Under the pieces are notes generated by a model that was not told the DNA's origin, searched no databases, and saw only the letters and a list, made by a program, of their open reading frames with translations. This document shows, piece after piece, positions 17,239 through 27,152 of a stretch of 64,000 nt of DNA. The translations under genes and the position numbers were made by a program. The stretch's first letter is position 1, and every line of letters begins with the position of its first letter. This DNA is from Sandaracinaceae bacterium (GTDB lineage: Bacteria; Myxococcota_A; Polyangia; Polyangiales; Sandaracinaceae), in NCBI GenBank assembly GCA_044220955.1, contig JBGAQA010000028.1, positions 1 through 64,000 on the forward strand, in the 5' to 3' direction.

Positions 17239-20181
17239 TCAGGGATGGAGCTCGTCGGCTCCGATGTCGTAGCGCGGCGAGCCCGCCACGCTGAACGGAC
17301 GGGACTCGTTGTCGAAGTCGTGGTTCGTGGCGGCTGCGACCGCCGTCCCGGCGTCGTAACAGATCGACCCCGTCCCGGGCAGGTGCTGGGTGGCGGTGAG
17401 ACCGCAGCTACCGGCGATGTTGCCCGAGTAGCCCGCCCCGAGCGCGTTCACCATCGCGAGCGTGAGCGGTGTCGAGCCCTCGTCGAAGTAGAGGACCGTG
17501 TCGTTCATGTCGTTGTTCTCGAAGTTCATCGGATCCGCGTTCACGTCGTACTCGACGACGGCGCGGGTGAGCCCGCCCGCCCCGGAGTGGTCGAAGACGT
17601 TGTTGCGGAAGACGCCCTGCGGGATCGCGCCCGCGACGCCGGCCAGCCCGAGGCCGACGCGCGCCCCGCACGCGGTGCACGACGTGAACTGAATGGTGTT
17701 GCTGTGGACGGTGGGGCCGCGCACGGCGCCGCTGGCCGCCCCGAGATCGAAGCGCAGCACGTCGACCGCACCGACCCAGCTCCCGTCGAGGATGATGTTG
17801 TTCGTGACCAGGGACGCCGTCGTGTGAAGGTATAGGCCGTAGAAGCGACCCACCATCGGCGGCGTGGCGATCCCGCCCTGCGGGCCCGTGATCGTGTTCC
17901 GATCGACGATGGGCGAGGCACCGTCGATCTGCATGCCCATGCCCACGGTGCTCGCGCCGAGCAGGAAGCCGGCGCTGATCGAGTTGTTCACGAAGCTCGC
18001 GCACCCGCCGGTGGTGCACTGCACTCCGATGCACGAGCTCACGTGGCTCGTCGCGCCGCGGATCCCGCCCCCGGAGGGCGAGGTCGCGAGCGAGCCCGTC
18101 ACGCTGCAAGGCGCGCCGGCCGAGCACGACACGCCGATGCAGGTGACGCCGCTCGCCTCGCAGCCGACGTGACTGCCGCCCGTCACCGAGGGCGCGCACG
18201 TCGCGCCGCTCGCATCGAAGCCGGTGCGCGTCCCGACCGGAGCGCCGCCCGGCGGCGAGCTGCCACCGAACGTGCTCGTCGAGGTCCAGGTCGATGCGCT
18301 CGTGCATCCCTCGAGCCGCACGCCGAAGCTCGCCGAGCCCGCCATGCTCGTGGTGCCCCCCGAGAAGCTGCTCGTGCTCACGCTCAGCCCGGTGAGGGCG
18401 CCCGTCCCGTGGAAGCCGATCGCGCGCGTCGTGGCCGAGCCGCCGTTCGCGGTCACGGCCCGCATCTGTGCTCCGCAGCCCGTGCACTCGATCGCCGTCG
18501 AGCTCGGCGTCTGCCCGCCGACGACCGTCACGTTCAAGATCAGCGGCGCGCTGCCGTTGATCGTGACGGCCTGCGAGGGATTGGGACCCGAGGTCCCGTT
18601 CACCGTCAGCTGCTCGAGCGAGGTCGCAGAGGTGATGCCCGAGGGGAAGTTGAGTCCGTCTCCGTCGACGTCCGCGATGACGGTCGAGGCGCCGCCCGTC
18701 CGGGTCCAGGTCGCGCAGTCGTAGTTCCCGAGCACGCTGGTGCCCTCGATCATCACCACGTTCTCGCTGAACGTGCTGGGGGCGCCGCCCGCGGGATCGC
18801 AGAGGCACACGTCGGCGCCGCCGCCGATCGCCGTGGCGTTACCCTGCGCGAGCGCGACGGTCGAGAGCGGCAGCGCGGGCGTCCCGGGGTTGGTCGGCGA
18901 ACCCCCCGCGCCTGGCGGCGCGACGAACGTCCCGCGACAGATCAGCGAACCGGCCACGCACGCCGTACGCGACACGCACGCGCCCACGTCCGTCGCGCCG
19001 GCGCAGAGCACGCCGCCACCGGGGTTGCCTTCGTCGACGTTGCCGTCGCAGTCGTCGTCCATGCCGTTGCACGTCTCGACGCTGTCGCCCGTCGCGTCGC
19101 TGCACGACGAGCCGCCCGTCGCGTTGCACATGTTGGTCCCCTCGGTGCAGCTGTCCGTGTCCGGCCCGTCACAGGCCGCGCCCAGGTTGAACCCTTCGTC
19201 CGTCGTGCCGTCGCAGTTGTCGTCCATGCCGTTGCACGTCTCGGTGCCGGGCATCACGCCCCCGATGCACATCAGCGACCCAGCCGTGCAGGTCTCGACG
19301 CCGGGCGTGCAGACGCCGGTCGAGCTTCCGCACGCGGCGCCGCCCATGGGGTTGCCCTCGTCCGCGCTCCCGTCGCAGTTGTCGTCGGCGCCGTTGCACG
19401 TCTCCATGGTCGGCTGCACGCCGCCCGTGCAGGGGCCCCACGCGCCCGCGACGCACGTCTGGGTGCCCGGGCTGCACGCGCCCACCGACGAGCCGCACGC
19501 CTGCGTGGCGCCGGAGGTGCAGCCGCACCCCTCGTCCACCGTTCCGTCGCAGTCGTCGTCCCGCGTGCCATCGCACGCCTCCGCGACCGGCGTCACCTCG
19601 CCGACGCACGCGCCCCAGGCGGACGAAGCGCAGGTCTGCGTGCCGCGCCGGCACTCGCCGACGCCGCTGCCGCAGCTCTGGGTCGCGCCGTCGGTGCACG
19701 TGCAGCCGTCGTCGACCATCTCGTCGCAGTCGTCGTCGAGTCCGTTGCCGCAGATCTCGGTGCCCGGATCGATCGCGCCCATGCACGTGCCGAACGTCCC
19801 CGCGCTGCAGGTCTGCGTGCCGGTGCGACAGACGCCGACGTTCATTCCGCAGCTCTGGGTCACGCCGTCGTCGATCGTCCCGTCGCAGTCGTCGTCGATG
19901 CCGTTGCACGTCTCGGCGCTGCTCACGCACCCGTCGACGTTCGCGTCGGGAGTGGGCCCCACGTCGACGTTCGCGTCCACGCTCGCGTCGCGGCCGCCGT
20001 CGCGCCCCCCGCCGTCGCCGCCGTCCGAGGCGGGGCCCGTGTCCCCCGCATCCACGCCCGGGTTGGTCGTGTTGCCCGCGCAGTCGCAGGCCGGGACGAG
20101 GAGCGCGAGCCCGGCGACGAGCGTCGAACAGGCGATCGCGCGCGCCTCGCGCGAGGCGACGAAGAAGAAAGTGCGGTTCAT
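17239..20181 (-). CDS. Large surface lipoprotein: six MopE-type ExCNGxDDxCDG repeats plus C-terminal beta-helix
   Basis: LVPAC lipobox, DAG linker, 6 repeats counted, beta-helix-like N/T/G repeats, terminal D..RP...DIGADE. Confidence 0.85.
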   Translation of the reverse strand: MNRTFFFVASREARAIACSTLVAGLALLVPACDCAGNTTNPGVDAGDTGPASDGGDGGGRDGGRDASVDANVDVGPTPDANVDGCVSSAETCNGIDDDCDGTIDDGVTQSCGMNVGVCRTGTQTCSAGTFGTCMGAIDPGTEICGNGLDDDCDEMVDDGCTCTDGATQSCGSGVGECRRGTQTCASSAWGACVGEVTPVAEACDGTRDDDCDGTVDEGCGCTSGATQACGSSVGACSPGTQTCVAGAWGPCTGGVQPTMETCNGADDNCDGSADEGNPMGGAACGSSTGVCTPGVETCTAGSLMCIGGVMPGTETCNGMDDNCDGTTDEGFNLGAACDGPDTDSCTEGTNMCNATGGSSCSDATGDSVETCNGMDDDCDGNVDEGNPGGGVLCAGATDVGACVSRTACVAGSLICRGTFVAPPGAGGSPTNPGTPALPLSTVALAQGNATAIGGGADVCLCDPAGGAPSTFSENVVMIEGTSVLGNYDCATWTRTGGASTVIADVDGDGLNFPSGITSATSLEQLTVNGTSGPNPSQAVTINGSAPLILNVTVVGGQTPSSTAIECTGCGAQMRAVTANGGSATTRAIGFHGTGALTGLSVSTSSFSGGTTSMAGSASFGVRLEGCTSASTWTSTSTFGGSSPPGGAPVGTRTGFDASGATCAPSVTGGSHVGCEASGVTCIGVSCSAGAPCSVTGSLATSPSGGGIRGATSHVSSCIGVQCTTGGCASFVNNSISAGFLLGASTVGMGMQIDGASPIVDRNTITGPQGGIATPPMVGRFYGLYLHTTASLVTNNIILDGSWVGAVDVLRFDLGAASGAVRGPTVHSNTIQFTSCTACGARVGLGLAGVAGAIPQGVFRNNVFDHSGAGGLTRAVVEYDVNADPMNFENNDMNDTVLYFDEGSTPLTLAMVNALGAGYSGNIAGSCGLTATQHLPGTGSICYDAGTAVAAATNHDFDNESRPFSVAGSPRYDIGADELHP

Positions 20182-20258
20182 GGGACCCCTCCGTCCCCGA
20201 GTCTCTCAGAGGAGGGAAGCTCGCGTCCATGGCGGGCGGCCCCGTGCGACCATCGTTC

Positions 20259-20287
20259 TTGACGCCTCCGTCACCGGGCGCTAGTCA
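20259..20287 (+). promoter_or_regulatory. Sigma70-type promoter for tRNA-Val/thrS
   Basis: TTGACG-N17-TAGTCA. Confidence 0.6.
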
Positions 20288-20340
20288 ACGCGCCCCCGGG
20301 TTCCCGGGGCGGAGCTCCCGATAGCGGACGGAGCTCATCC

Positions 20341-20412
<72 letters not shown>

Positions 20413-20593
20413 TGATCATGCAGGATTCGATCGAACAGACGCGCTCGCGCTCGACGATCGAGTCCACCCCGGTCGGGTCCGCCCGGCTTCGCCGGGCACT
20501 CCGGGTCACCACGACCCGCTGAGCCCGCTCCGTCGAGCGGTGCTCCCCGAAGACGTCCGGACGCGCTAAGCGTCCGCGCGAGAGAGGTCCGTC

Positions 20594-22570
20594 ATGTCCA
20601 GCCAGCCGATGATCACACCCCGTCAAGCCCTCGAGTCGAAGGGCGCGCTCACGCCCGACACGATCGCGGCGCGCGTGACGAGCGGCGGCGCGACCGCGGT
20701 CCGCGACCTCATGACACCGATCCCCGAGGGCGCCGAGGTCGCGCCGATCCGCGCGCAGGACCCCGCGGCGCTCCCGATCATCCGCCACTCGTCGGCGCAC
20801 GTGATGGCCGACGCCGTGCAGCGCCTCTTCCCCGGGACGAAGGTCGCCTTCGGCCCCGCGACCGAGGATCCGCCGGGCTTCTACTACGACTACGACAAGC
20901 CCGGCGGCGCGTTCTCCGAGGACGACCTGCGCGCGATCGAGAAGAAGATGGCCGAGATCGTCGCCGAAGGCGCGCCGTTCCGCCGCGAGGTCGTGAGCGT
21001 CGAGGCTGCGCGCACGCTCCTGTCCAACATGAACGAGACGTTCAAGCTCGAGCACCTCGAGCGGCTCGCGGCGAACAACGAGGAGATCTCGCTCTACCGC
21101 CACGGCGCCGCGGGCTCCGAGTGGGTCGACCTCTGCGAAGGGCCGCACGTCCCCTCGGCGAAGTTCCTGCGCGCGTTCCAGCTCACCCGCACCTCGGGCG
21201 CGTACTGGCGCGGCATCGAGGGCAACCCGATGCTCCAGCGCATCTACGGCACCGCCTTCGCCGACGAGAAGGCGCTGCGCACGTACCTGCGCCAGATGGA
21301 GGAGGCCGAGAAGCGCGACCACCGCAAGGTCGGCAAGGAGCTCGAGCTCATCGGCTTCCACCCGTGGGCGCCGGCCTCGCCCTTCTTCCTGCCGCGCGGC
21401 GCGAAGATCTACGCGGCGCTCGTCGACTACATCCGCGCGCAGTACCGCCGCGAGGGTTACGAGGAGGTCGTCACTCCCCAGATCTTCGATCGGAAGCTCT
21501 TCGAGACGAGCGGCCACCTGCCGAACTACGCCGAGAACATGTACTTCGCGATGACGCGCGAGGAGTTCGAATCCATCGCCAAGCACGAGGGCAAGCGCGA
21601 GCTCGCGGACATCGAGCGTGAGGCGCGCTTCGGCGTGAAGCCGATGAACTGCCCCTCGCACTGCCTCATCTTCGGGATGGAGCAGCGCAGCTACCGGCAG
21701 CTCCCGCTCCGCATGGCCGACTTCGGGCGCCTGCACCGCTACGAGCGCAGCGGCGTCACGCAGGGGATGACCCGCGTGCGCACCTTCGCGCAGGACGACG
21801 CGCACATCTTCTGCACCGAGGACCAGGTCCAGGGCGAGATCGAGAAGCTCATGGACCTCGTCTACCGCGTGTACCTCGACTTCGGGTTCCACGAGGTGCG
21901 CGTGGCGATCGCGACGCGCCCCGAGAAGCGCATGGGCTCGGACGAGATGTGGGACCGGGCCGAGAAGGCGCTGATCGAGGGCGTGAAGGCGCGCGGGATC
22001 GCGTTCGAGATCCTCGACGGCGAGGGCGCGTTCTACGGCCCGAAGATCGAGTTCCACCTCAAGGACGCGATCGGCCGCCCCTGGCAGCTCGCGACGATGC
22101 AGTACGACCCCAACATGCCGAGCTCGTTCGACCTCACGTACGTGGCGCAGGACAACTCCCGGCCGCGCCCCGTGATGCTGCACCGCGCGGTCCTCGGGTC
22201 CATCGAGCGCTTCTTCGGCGTGCTCATCGAGCACGTGAACGGGGCGTTCCCGACCTGGCTCGCGCCCGAGCAGATCGCGCTGCTCTCGGTCAGCGAGAAG
22301 GCCGAGGCCTGGACCCTCGAGGCCGCCGAGCTGCTCCGCAAGGCCGGCGCGCGGGTCACCATCGACGTCAGCGCCGACAAGCTCGGGGCCAAGGTCCGCA
22401 ACGCCCGCAACATGCGGATCCCCTACCGCGCGGTCGTCGGCGAGAAGGAAGCGGAGGGTCGCTCGCTCGCCATCACCCAGCGGGATGGCAACAAGGAGCT
22501 CGGCGCCCTGCCGATCGAGCAGGTGATCGCCATGATCCAGGCGGAATCGCTCGCGCCCTCGCTCCGCTGA
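20594..22570 (+). CDS. thrS: Threonine--tRNA ligase
   Basis: RHSSAH, DLCEGPH, RDHRK, KPMNCPSH, MLHRAVLGSIERF. Confidence 0.98.
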   Translation: MSSQPMITPRQALESKGALTPDTIAARVTSGGATAVRDLMTPIPEGAEVAPIRAQDPAALPIIRHSSAHVMADAVQRLFPGTKVAFGPATEDPPGFYYDYDKPGGAFSEDDLRAIEKKMAEIVAEGAPFRREVVSVEAARTLLSNMNETFKLEHLERLAANNEEISLYRHGAAGSEWVDLCEGPHVPSAKFLRAFQLTRTSGAYWRGIEGNPMLQRIYGTAFADEKALRTYLRQMEEAEKRDHRKVGKELELIGFHPWAPASPFFLPRGAKIYAALVDYIRAQYRREGYEEVVTPQIFDRKLFETSGHLPNYAENMYFAMTREEFESIAKHEGKRELADIEREARFGVKPMNCPSHCLIFGMEQRSYRQLPLRMADFGRLHRYERSGVTQGMTRVRTFAQDDAHIFCTEDQVQGEIEKLMDLVYRVYLDFGFHEVRVAIATRPEKRMGSDEMWDRAEKALIEGVKARGIAFEILDGEGAFYGPKIEFHLKDAIGRPWQLATMQYDPNMPSSFDLTYVAQDNSRPRPVMLHRAVLGSIERFFGVLIEHVNGAFPTWLAPEQIALLSVSEKAEAWTLEAAELLRKAGARVTIDVSADKLGAKVRNARNMRIPYRAVVGEKEAEGRSLAITQRDGNKELGALPIEQVIAMIQAESLAPSLR

Positions 22571-22664
22571 ACGGCCTTGTTTCCCGCCGAGGTTCGCAGC
22601 AAGATCCCGCCGCTTCGTCTACAGGTCCGAAGGGCACGCGCCCTTCCCGCAGGAGGATAGTCCC

Positions 22665-23324
22665 ATCGTCAATCCGCGTTTCGATCCTCGTGGTGCCCGC
22701 CCTGGTGCCTTCACTGGTCCCCGCACGAACCACCGCATCCGCGTGCCGGAAGTGCGTGTGATCGGCGCGGAGGGCGAGATGCTCGGCGTCCTCGCGACCC
22801 ACGAGGCGCTCCGCCTCGCGCGCGAGAAGGAGCTCGACCTGGTCGAGGTCAACCCGAAGGCCGTGCCTCCCGTCTGCAAGATCATGGACTACGGGAAGTA
22901 CAAGTACGAGGAGAAGAAGCGCGAGAACGAGGCGAAGAAGCGCCAGCTCACGACCGAGCTCAAGGAAGTGAAGCTGCGTCCGAAGACGGACGACCACGAC
23001 CTCGAGGTCAAGCTCCGCCACATCCGCCGCTTCCTCGAGGAGGGCGACAAGGTGAAGGTCACCTGCCGCTTCCGCGGTCGCGAGATCACGCACCCCGAGA
23101 CGGCCGAGCGGCAGCTCGTGCACTTCCTCGACAACACCAAGGACATCGCCGTCATCGAGCAGGGTGCCCGCATGGAGGCCAAGACCATGACGATCCTGCT
23201 CGCGCCCAAGCCCGAGGTCCGCGCGCGGGCGGTCGCGCTCGTCGCGAAGCGCGCCGAGGAAGGCAAGGCGCCCGAGCCGCCGCCGGACGACGACGACGAC
23301 GACGACGACGAGGACGACGATTGA
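22665..23324 (+). CDS. infC: Translation initiation factor IF-3 with non-canonical AUC start and acidic C-tail
   Basis: AGGAGG at 22651-22656, in-frame ATC at 22665 giving PRTNHRIRVPEVRVIG..LDLVEVNP..CKIMDYGKYKYE..FRGRE. Confidence 0.95.
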   Translation: MVNPRFDPRGARPGAFTGPRTNHRIRVPEVRVIGAEGEMLGVLATHEALRLAREKELDLVEVNPKAVPPVCKIMDYGKYKYEEKKRENEAKKRQLTTELKEVKLRPKTDDHDLEVKLRHIRRFLEEGDKVKVTCRFRGREITHPETAERQLVHFLDNTKDIAVIEQGARMEAKTMTILLAPKPEVRARAVALVAKRAEEGKAPEPPPDDDDDDDDEDDD

Positions 23325-24076
23325 GCGACGAGGCCGCCAAGCGCGAGGCCCCGGGCCTGCCCGACATCGACGTCCGGGAGTGGGGTGGCAAGAAGGACGG
23401 CGAGCGTCAGGTTCTCGACCGTCGCCTGTTCATGCAGCTGCTCGTGTTCGACGTGGACCGCGGCGCTGCGTTCGGCAAGGCTCAGGACCAGCTGGTCCAC
23501 GCGCTCGGCGCCGCTGGCGTCGCGCACGTCGTGTACGAGGACGCGAACGCGACGCGCGGGATCGGCGTGCTGACCTGGTCCGAGGACCCCGCGACGTTCG
23601 TCGCGAAGGTCCACCCGGCGCTCCGCGAGCTGCCGATGACGCAGCGCGAGGGCTGGGCGATGCTCGGGCGCACCTACGCGCTCGGCCACGAGCCGGAGCT
23701 CGAGCACGCGATCCTGCGCCGATCGGTGGAGTACGTGCTCGCAGCCGAGTGGGGCTGGCACGTGTGGTACCCGCTGCGTCGCAACGGCGCCTTCGAGCGC
23801 CTCGAGAAGCACCAGCAATCCGTCATCTTGCGCGAGCACGCAGCGATCGGGATGGCGTACGGACGCACGGGTCTCGCGCACGACGTGCGGCTCGCGTGTC
23901 ACGGTCTGGACGCGGGCGACAACGAGTTCGTCATCGGTCTGATCGGCAAGGATCTGCACCCGCTCTCGCACATCGTGCAGACGATGCGGCACACCGAGCA
24001 GACCTCGCAGTACATCGCGAAGATGGGCCCCTTCTTCGTGGGCCGCGTGGTGCATCGCGCCGGAGCCGCGAGATGA
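23321..24076 (+). CDS. Chlorite dismutase-family heme protein, probable coproheme decarboxylase (ChdC/HemQ)
   Basis: WYPLRR, LREHAAIG (proximal His), GLDAGDNEFVIG, QTMR..TSQY..GPFFVG; TTG overlaps the infC stop. Confidence 0.8.
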   Translation: MSDEAAKREAPGLPDIDVREWGGKKDGERQVLDRRLFMQLLVFDVDRGAAFGKAQDQLVHALGAAGVAHVVYEDANATRGIGVLTWSEDPATFVAKVHPALRELPMTQREGWAMLGRTYALGHEPELEHAILRRSVEYVLAAEWGWHVWYPLRRNGAFERLEKHQQSVILREHAAIGMAYGRTGLAHDVRLACHGLDAGDNEFVIGLIGKDLHPLSHIVQTMRHTEQTSQYIAKMGPFFVGRVVHRAGAAR

Positions 24077-24480
24077 CCGTCTTCTCCAAGATCCTCGACG
24101 GCGAGATCCCTTGCCACCGCGTGTACGAGGACGAGCACGTGCTCGCCTTCCTCGACGTCGGGCCGCTGAGCGAGGGGCACACACTGGTGATCCCGAAGGA
24201 GCGGAAGGCATTCCTGCACGAGCTCTCGGACGAGCAGGCCGCCGCGCTCGGCCGCGTGCTCCCGCGAATCGCGCGCGCCGTGATGAGCGCGACGGGCGCG
24301 ACGCAGTACAACGTGCTGCAGAACAACGGGCCGCTCGCGCACCAGGCCGTGTTCCACGTGCACTTCCACATCATCCCGCGCCAGGGCGAGAGCGGGCTCG
24401 GCCTGAGCTGGAAGCCCGGGAAGCTGGACGGGGCGGTGGGCGCGGCCCTCGCCGCCGAGATCGCCGCGGCGCTGGCGTAG
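24073..24480 (+). CDS. HIT family nucleotide hydrolase
   Basis: TVFSKILDGEIP, GHTLVIPK, HVHFHIIP; ATGA overlap. Confidence 0.95.
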   Translation: MTVFSKILDGEIPCHRVYEDEHVLAFLDVGPLSEGHTLVIPKERKAFLHELSDEQAAALGRVLPRIARAVMSATGATQYNVLQNNGPLAHQAVFHVHFHIIPRQGESGLGLSWKPGKLDGAVGAALAAEIAAALA

Positions 24481-24543
24481 GCCCGCTTCGCCGGTGAACG
24501 TCGGCGTCGACGCCTCCGATTTCCGCGATACGCTCGCCGCCGC

Positions 24544-25587
24544 ATGAGCGGAGTCACCTACAAGCAGTCCGGCGTGGACGTCGAGGCCGGCGACGCGCTG
24601 GTCGAGCGCATCAAGCCCCTCGCCGCGCGGACGCGCATCCCCGAGATGCTCGGCGGCGTGGGCGGTTTCGCCGGGCTCTGCGGCCTGCCCGCCGGGATGA
24701 AGGAGCCGATCCTCGTCTCGGGCACCGACGGCGTCGGGACCAAGCTCAAGATCGCCTTCCTCGCCGACCGGCACGACACCGTCGGGATCGACCTCGTGGC
24801 GATGTGCGTGAACGACGTGATCACGTGCGGTGCGCGCCCGCTCTTCTTTCTCGACTACTTCGCGACCGGCGCGCTCGACGTGGGCCGAGCCGAGAAGGTC
24901 ATCGCGGGGATCGCCAAGGGCTGCGAGGACGCTGGCTGCGCGCTGCTCGGCGGGGAGACGGCCGAGATGCCTGGGATGTACGCGGCGGGCGAGTACGACC
25001 TGGCCGGGTTCTCGGTCGGCGTCGTCGATCGCGCGGACATCGTCGACGGCACGAAGGTCCGGCCGGGCGATGCCGTGATCGGTGTCGCGTCGAGCGGGCT
25101 GCACTCGAACGGCTACTCGCTGGTGCGAAAGGTGCTGCTCGAGAGAGCCGGCCTCGCGCTCGACGCCCGTCCCGCCGGTCTCGGGGAGCCGCTCGCCGAC
25201 GCACTGCTGCGCCCGACGCGGATCTACGCCCGCGCCGTGCGGGCGCTGCTCGCGGCCGTCGAGGTCCGAGCCCTGAGCCACATCACCGGCGGCGGACTGC
25301 CCGGCAACGTGCCGCGCGTGCTACCCGACGGAATGGGCGTCGCGGTGGATCCGAAGACCTGGAGCGTCCCGCCGATCTTCGCCCTCGTCGCCGAGCACGG
25401 CGACGTCTCGCTCGACGAGATGCGCCTCGCGTTCAACATGGGGCTCGGGCTCGTGGCCGTGGTTCCCGCGGTCGCGGCGAAAGAGGCCTGCGAGGTGCTC
25501 GCGCGCGCGGGCGAGGAGGCCGCGGTCGTCGGCCGCGTGATCGAGACGCCGGGCGCCGCATTCGAGGCGCGCGTCGTCTTCGGCTGA
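24544..25587 (+). CDS. purM: AIR synthase
   Basis: TDGVGTK, DLVAMCVND, GGETAEMP, SSGLHSNGYS, HITGGG. Confidence 0.98.
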   Translation: MSGVTYKQSGVDVEAGDALVERIKPLAARTRIPEMLGGVGGFAGLCGLPAGMKEPILVSGTDGVGTKLKIAFLADRHDTVGIDLVAMCVNDVITCGARPLFFLDYFATGALDVGRAEKVIAGIAKGCEDAGCALLGGETAEMPGMYAAGEYDLAGFSVGVVDRADIVDGTKVRPGDAVIGVASSGLHSNGYSLVRKVLLERAGLALDARPAGLGEPLADALLRPTRIYARAVRALLAAVEVRALSHITGGGLPGNVPRVLPDGMGVAVDPKTWSVPPIFALVAEHGDVSLDEMRLAFNMGLGLVAVVPAVAAKEACEVLARAGEEAAVVGRVIETPGAAFEARVVFG

Positions 25588-27131
25588 TGTTTCGAACGCA
25601 CTACGACGCGATCGTGGTGGGCGGCGGCCTCGGCGGCCTCGTCGGCGCCGCGCTCCTCGCCAAGCGCGGGTTCCGGGTGCTCGCGCTCGGTCATGAAGAC
25701 CACGCGCCGAGCTACGAGATCGTCACGCCCGACCAAGGCTCGCTCGAGCTCCCGCGCGCCCCCTTCAACTTCCTCGCTGCGCGCTCCCCGATCGCCCGCC
25801 GCATCTTCGCGGAGCTGGCGATCCACCAGCCCTTCCGGCGCGTGGCCGAGAGCTTCGACCCGGCGTTCCAGGTCGCCCTGCCCGGTCATCGCTTCGAGAT
25901 GGCGATCGACCGCAGCGCCCTCGCCCGCGAGATCGAGCGCGAGTTCCCCGAGGTGCGCCGACCGATCGACGACCTCACGGCGCGCCTCGCTCGCGAGATG
26001 GAGGCGATCGACGCCGCGCTCACGAACGACCTCGTGCTGCCTCCCGACACGTTCTTCGAGCGTCGCGAGGTCTCGGGCGCCATCTCGCACCTCGCTCCGC
26101 TCGAGGGCACGGACCTGCTGGCGGCCTTGCCCGAGGCGCACCCGTTCCGGCTCTGCGCCCACGCACCGCTTCGCTTCGCCGACGCGATGGATCCGGATCT
26201 GACCCACGGCGTGCGCTTCGTGCGCGCGCTCGGCGCGTGGTCCACCGGGGGCGCCGGGCTGACGGGTGGGCTCGCGGCGCTGCGGAAGATCGTGCTCGAC
26301 TCGTTCCGCTCCCACGGCGGCGAGCTGCGGGAGCGCGAGAAGATCGACCAGATCCTCGTCGAGCGGAGCGCCGTCAGCGGCGTGCGGCTCGCCGCGTCGG
26401 GCGAGGACGTCGGCGCGACGCACGTGATCCTCGGCGGGAACGTCGCTCAGTACGTCCGCATGCTCCCCGATCGCCGTCCCTTCGAGTCGCTCTTCGAGAG
26501 CGCGGGCGAGCCGGTCGTGCGCTACTACCGGTTCACGATGAACGTGCTCGTCGCGCAGGCCGGCCTGCCGATGGGCCTGGCGCGCGATCTCTTCGTGGTG
26601 CGCGATCCAGACCGCCCGCTCGCGGGCGCGAACCTGCTCCACGTGGAGGTCGCGCCCCCCTCCGCCGCGCCGCGACGGCTGCTCACGGTGGAGGCGCTGC
26701 TCCCGCGCCGCGGCGTCGAGGACACTCCGGGCTACCTCGACACGATTCGCGAGGATCTGCTCGCCACCCTCGGCGAGTTCGTCCCTTTCCTCGGTGAGCA
26801 CGCCGAGCTGGTCGACTCCCCTCACGACGGGCGGCCGGCGCAGGACGTGAAGCGGGGCGAGGTCATCGACCCGCCGGCGAAGTGGGCACGGGGGCCGAGC
26901 TCGATGGAGGTCGTCCACGGCTTCCCCATCACGAGCACGCTCGGGATCGCCGCGCTGCCGATCCGGACACCCCTCAAGAGCCTCCTGCTCCTCGGCGAGC
27001 AGAACGTTCCAGGCCTCGGCATCGAAGGCACACTCGCCGCGGCGTGGGCGGTCGCGCGGATCGTCTCGCGCTCCGATCCGCGGTCGGGCATCTTTCGGCG
27101 TGGCCTCTTCGGGGGCTTCGGGTCCCGCTGA
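25587..27131 (+). CDS. FAD-dependent oxidoreductase (phytoene dehydrogenase-like fold)
   Basis: YDAIVVGGGLGGL; C-terminal LLLGEQNVPGLGIEG; TGATG overlap with purM. Confidence 0.85.
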   Translation: MFRTHYDAIVVGGGLGGLVGAALLAKRGFRVLALGHEDHAPSYEIVTPDQGSLELPRAPFNFLAARSPIARRIFAELAIHQPFRRVAESFDPAFQVALPGHRFEMAIDRSALAREIEREFPEVRRPIDDLTARLAREMEAIDAALTNDLVLPPDTFFERREVSGAISHLAPLEGTDLLAALPEAHPFRLCAHAPLRFADAMDPDLTHGVRFVRALGAWSTGGAGLTGGLAALRKIVLDSFRSHGGELREREKIDQILVERSAVSGVRLAASGEDVGATHVILGGNVAQYVRMLPDRRPFESLFESAGEPVVRYYRFTMNVLVAQAGLPMGLARDLFVVRDPDRPLAGANLLHVEVAPPSAAPRRLLTVEALLPRRGVEDTPGYLDTIREDLLATLGEFVPFLGEHAELVDSPHDGRPAQDVKRGEVIDPPAKWARGPSSMEVVHGFPITSTLGIAALPIRTPLKSLLLLGEQNVPGLGIEGTLAAAWAVARIVSRSDPRSGIFRRGLFGGFGSR

Positions 27132-27152
27132 GTCGAGAGGAGCGAGGTGGTG

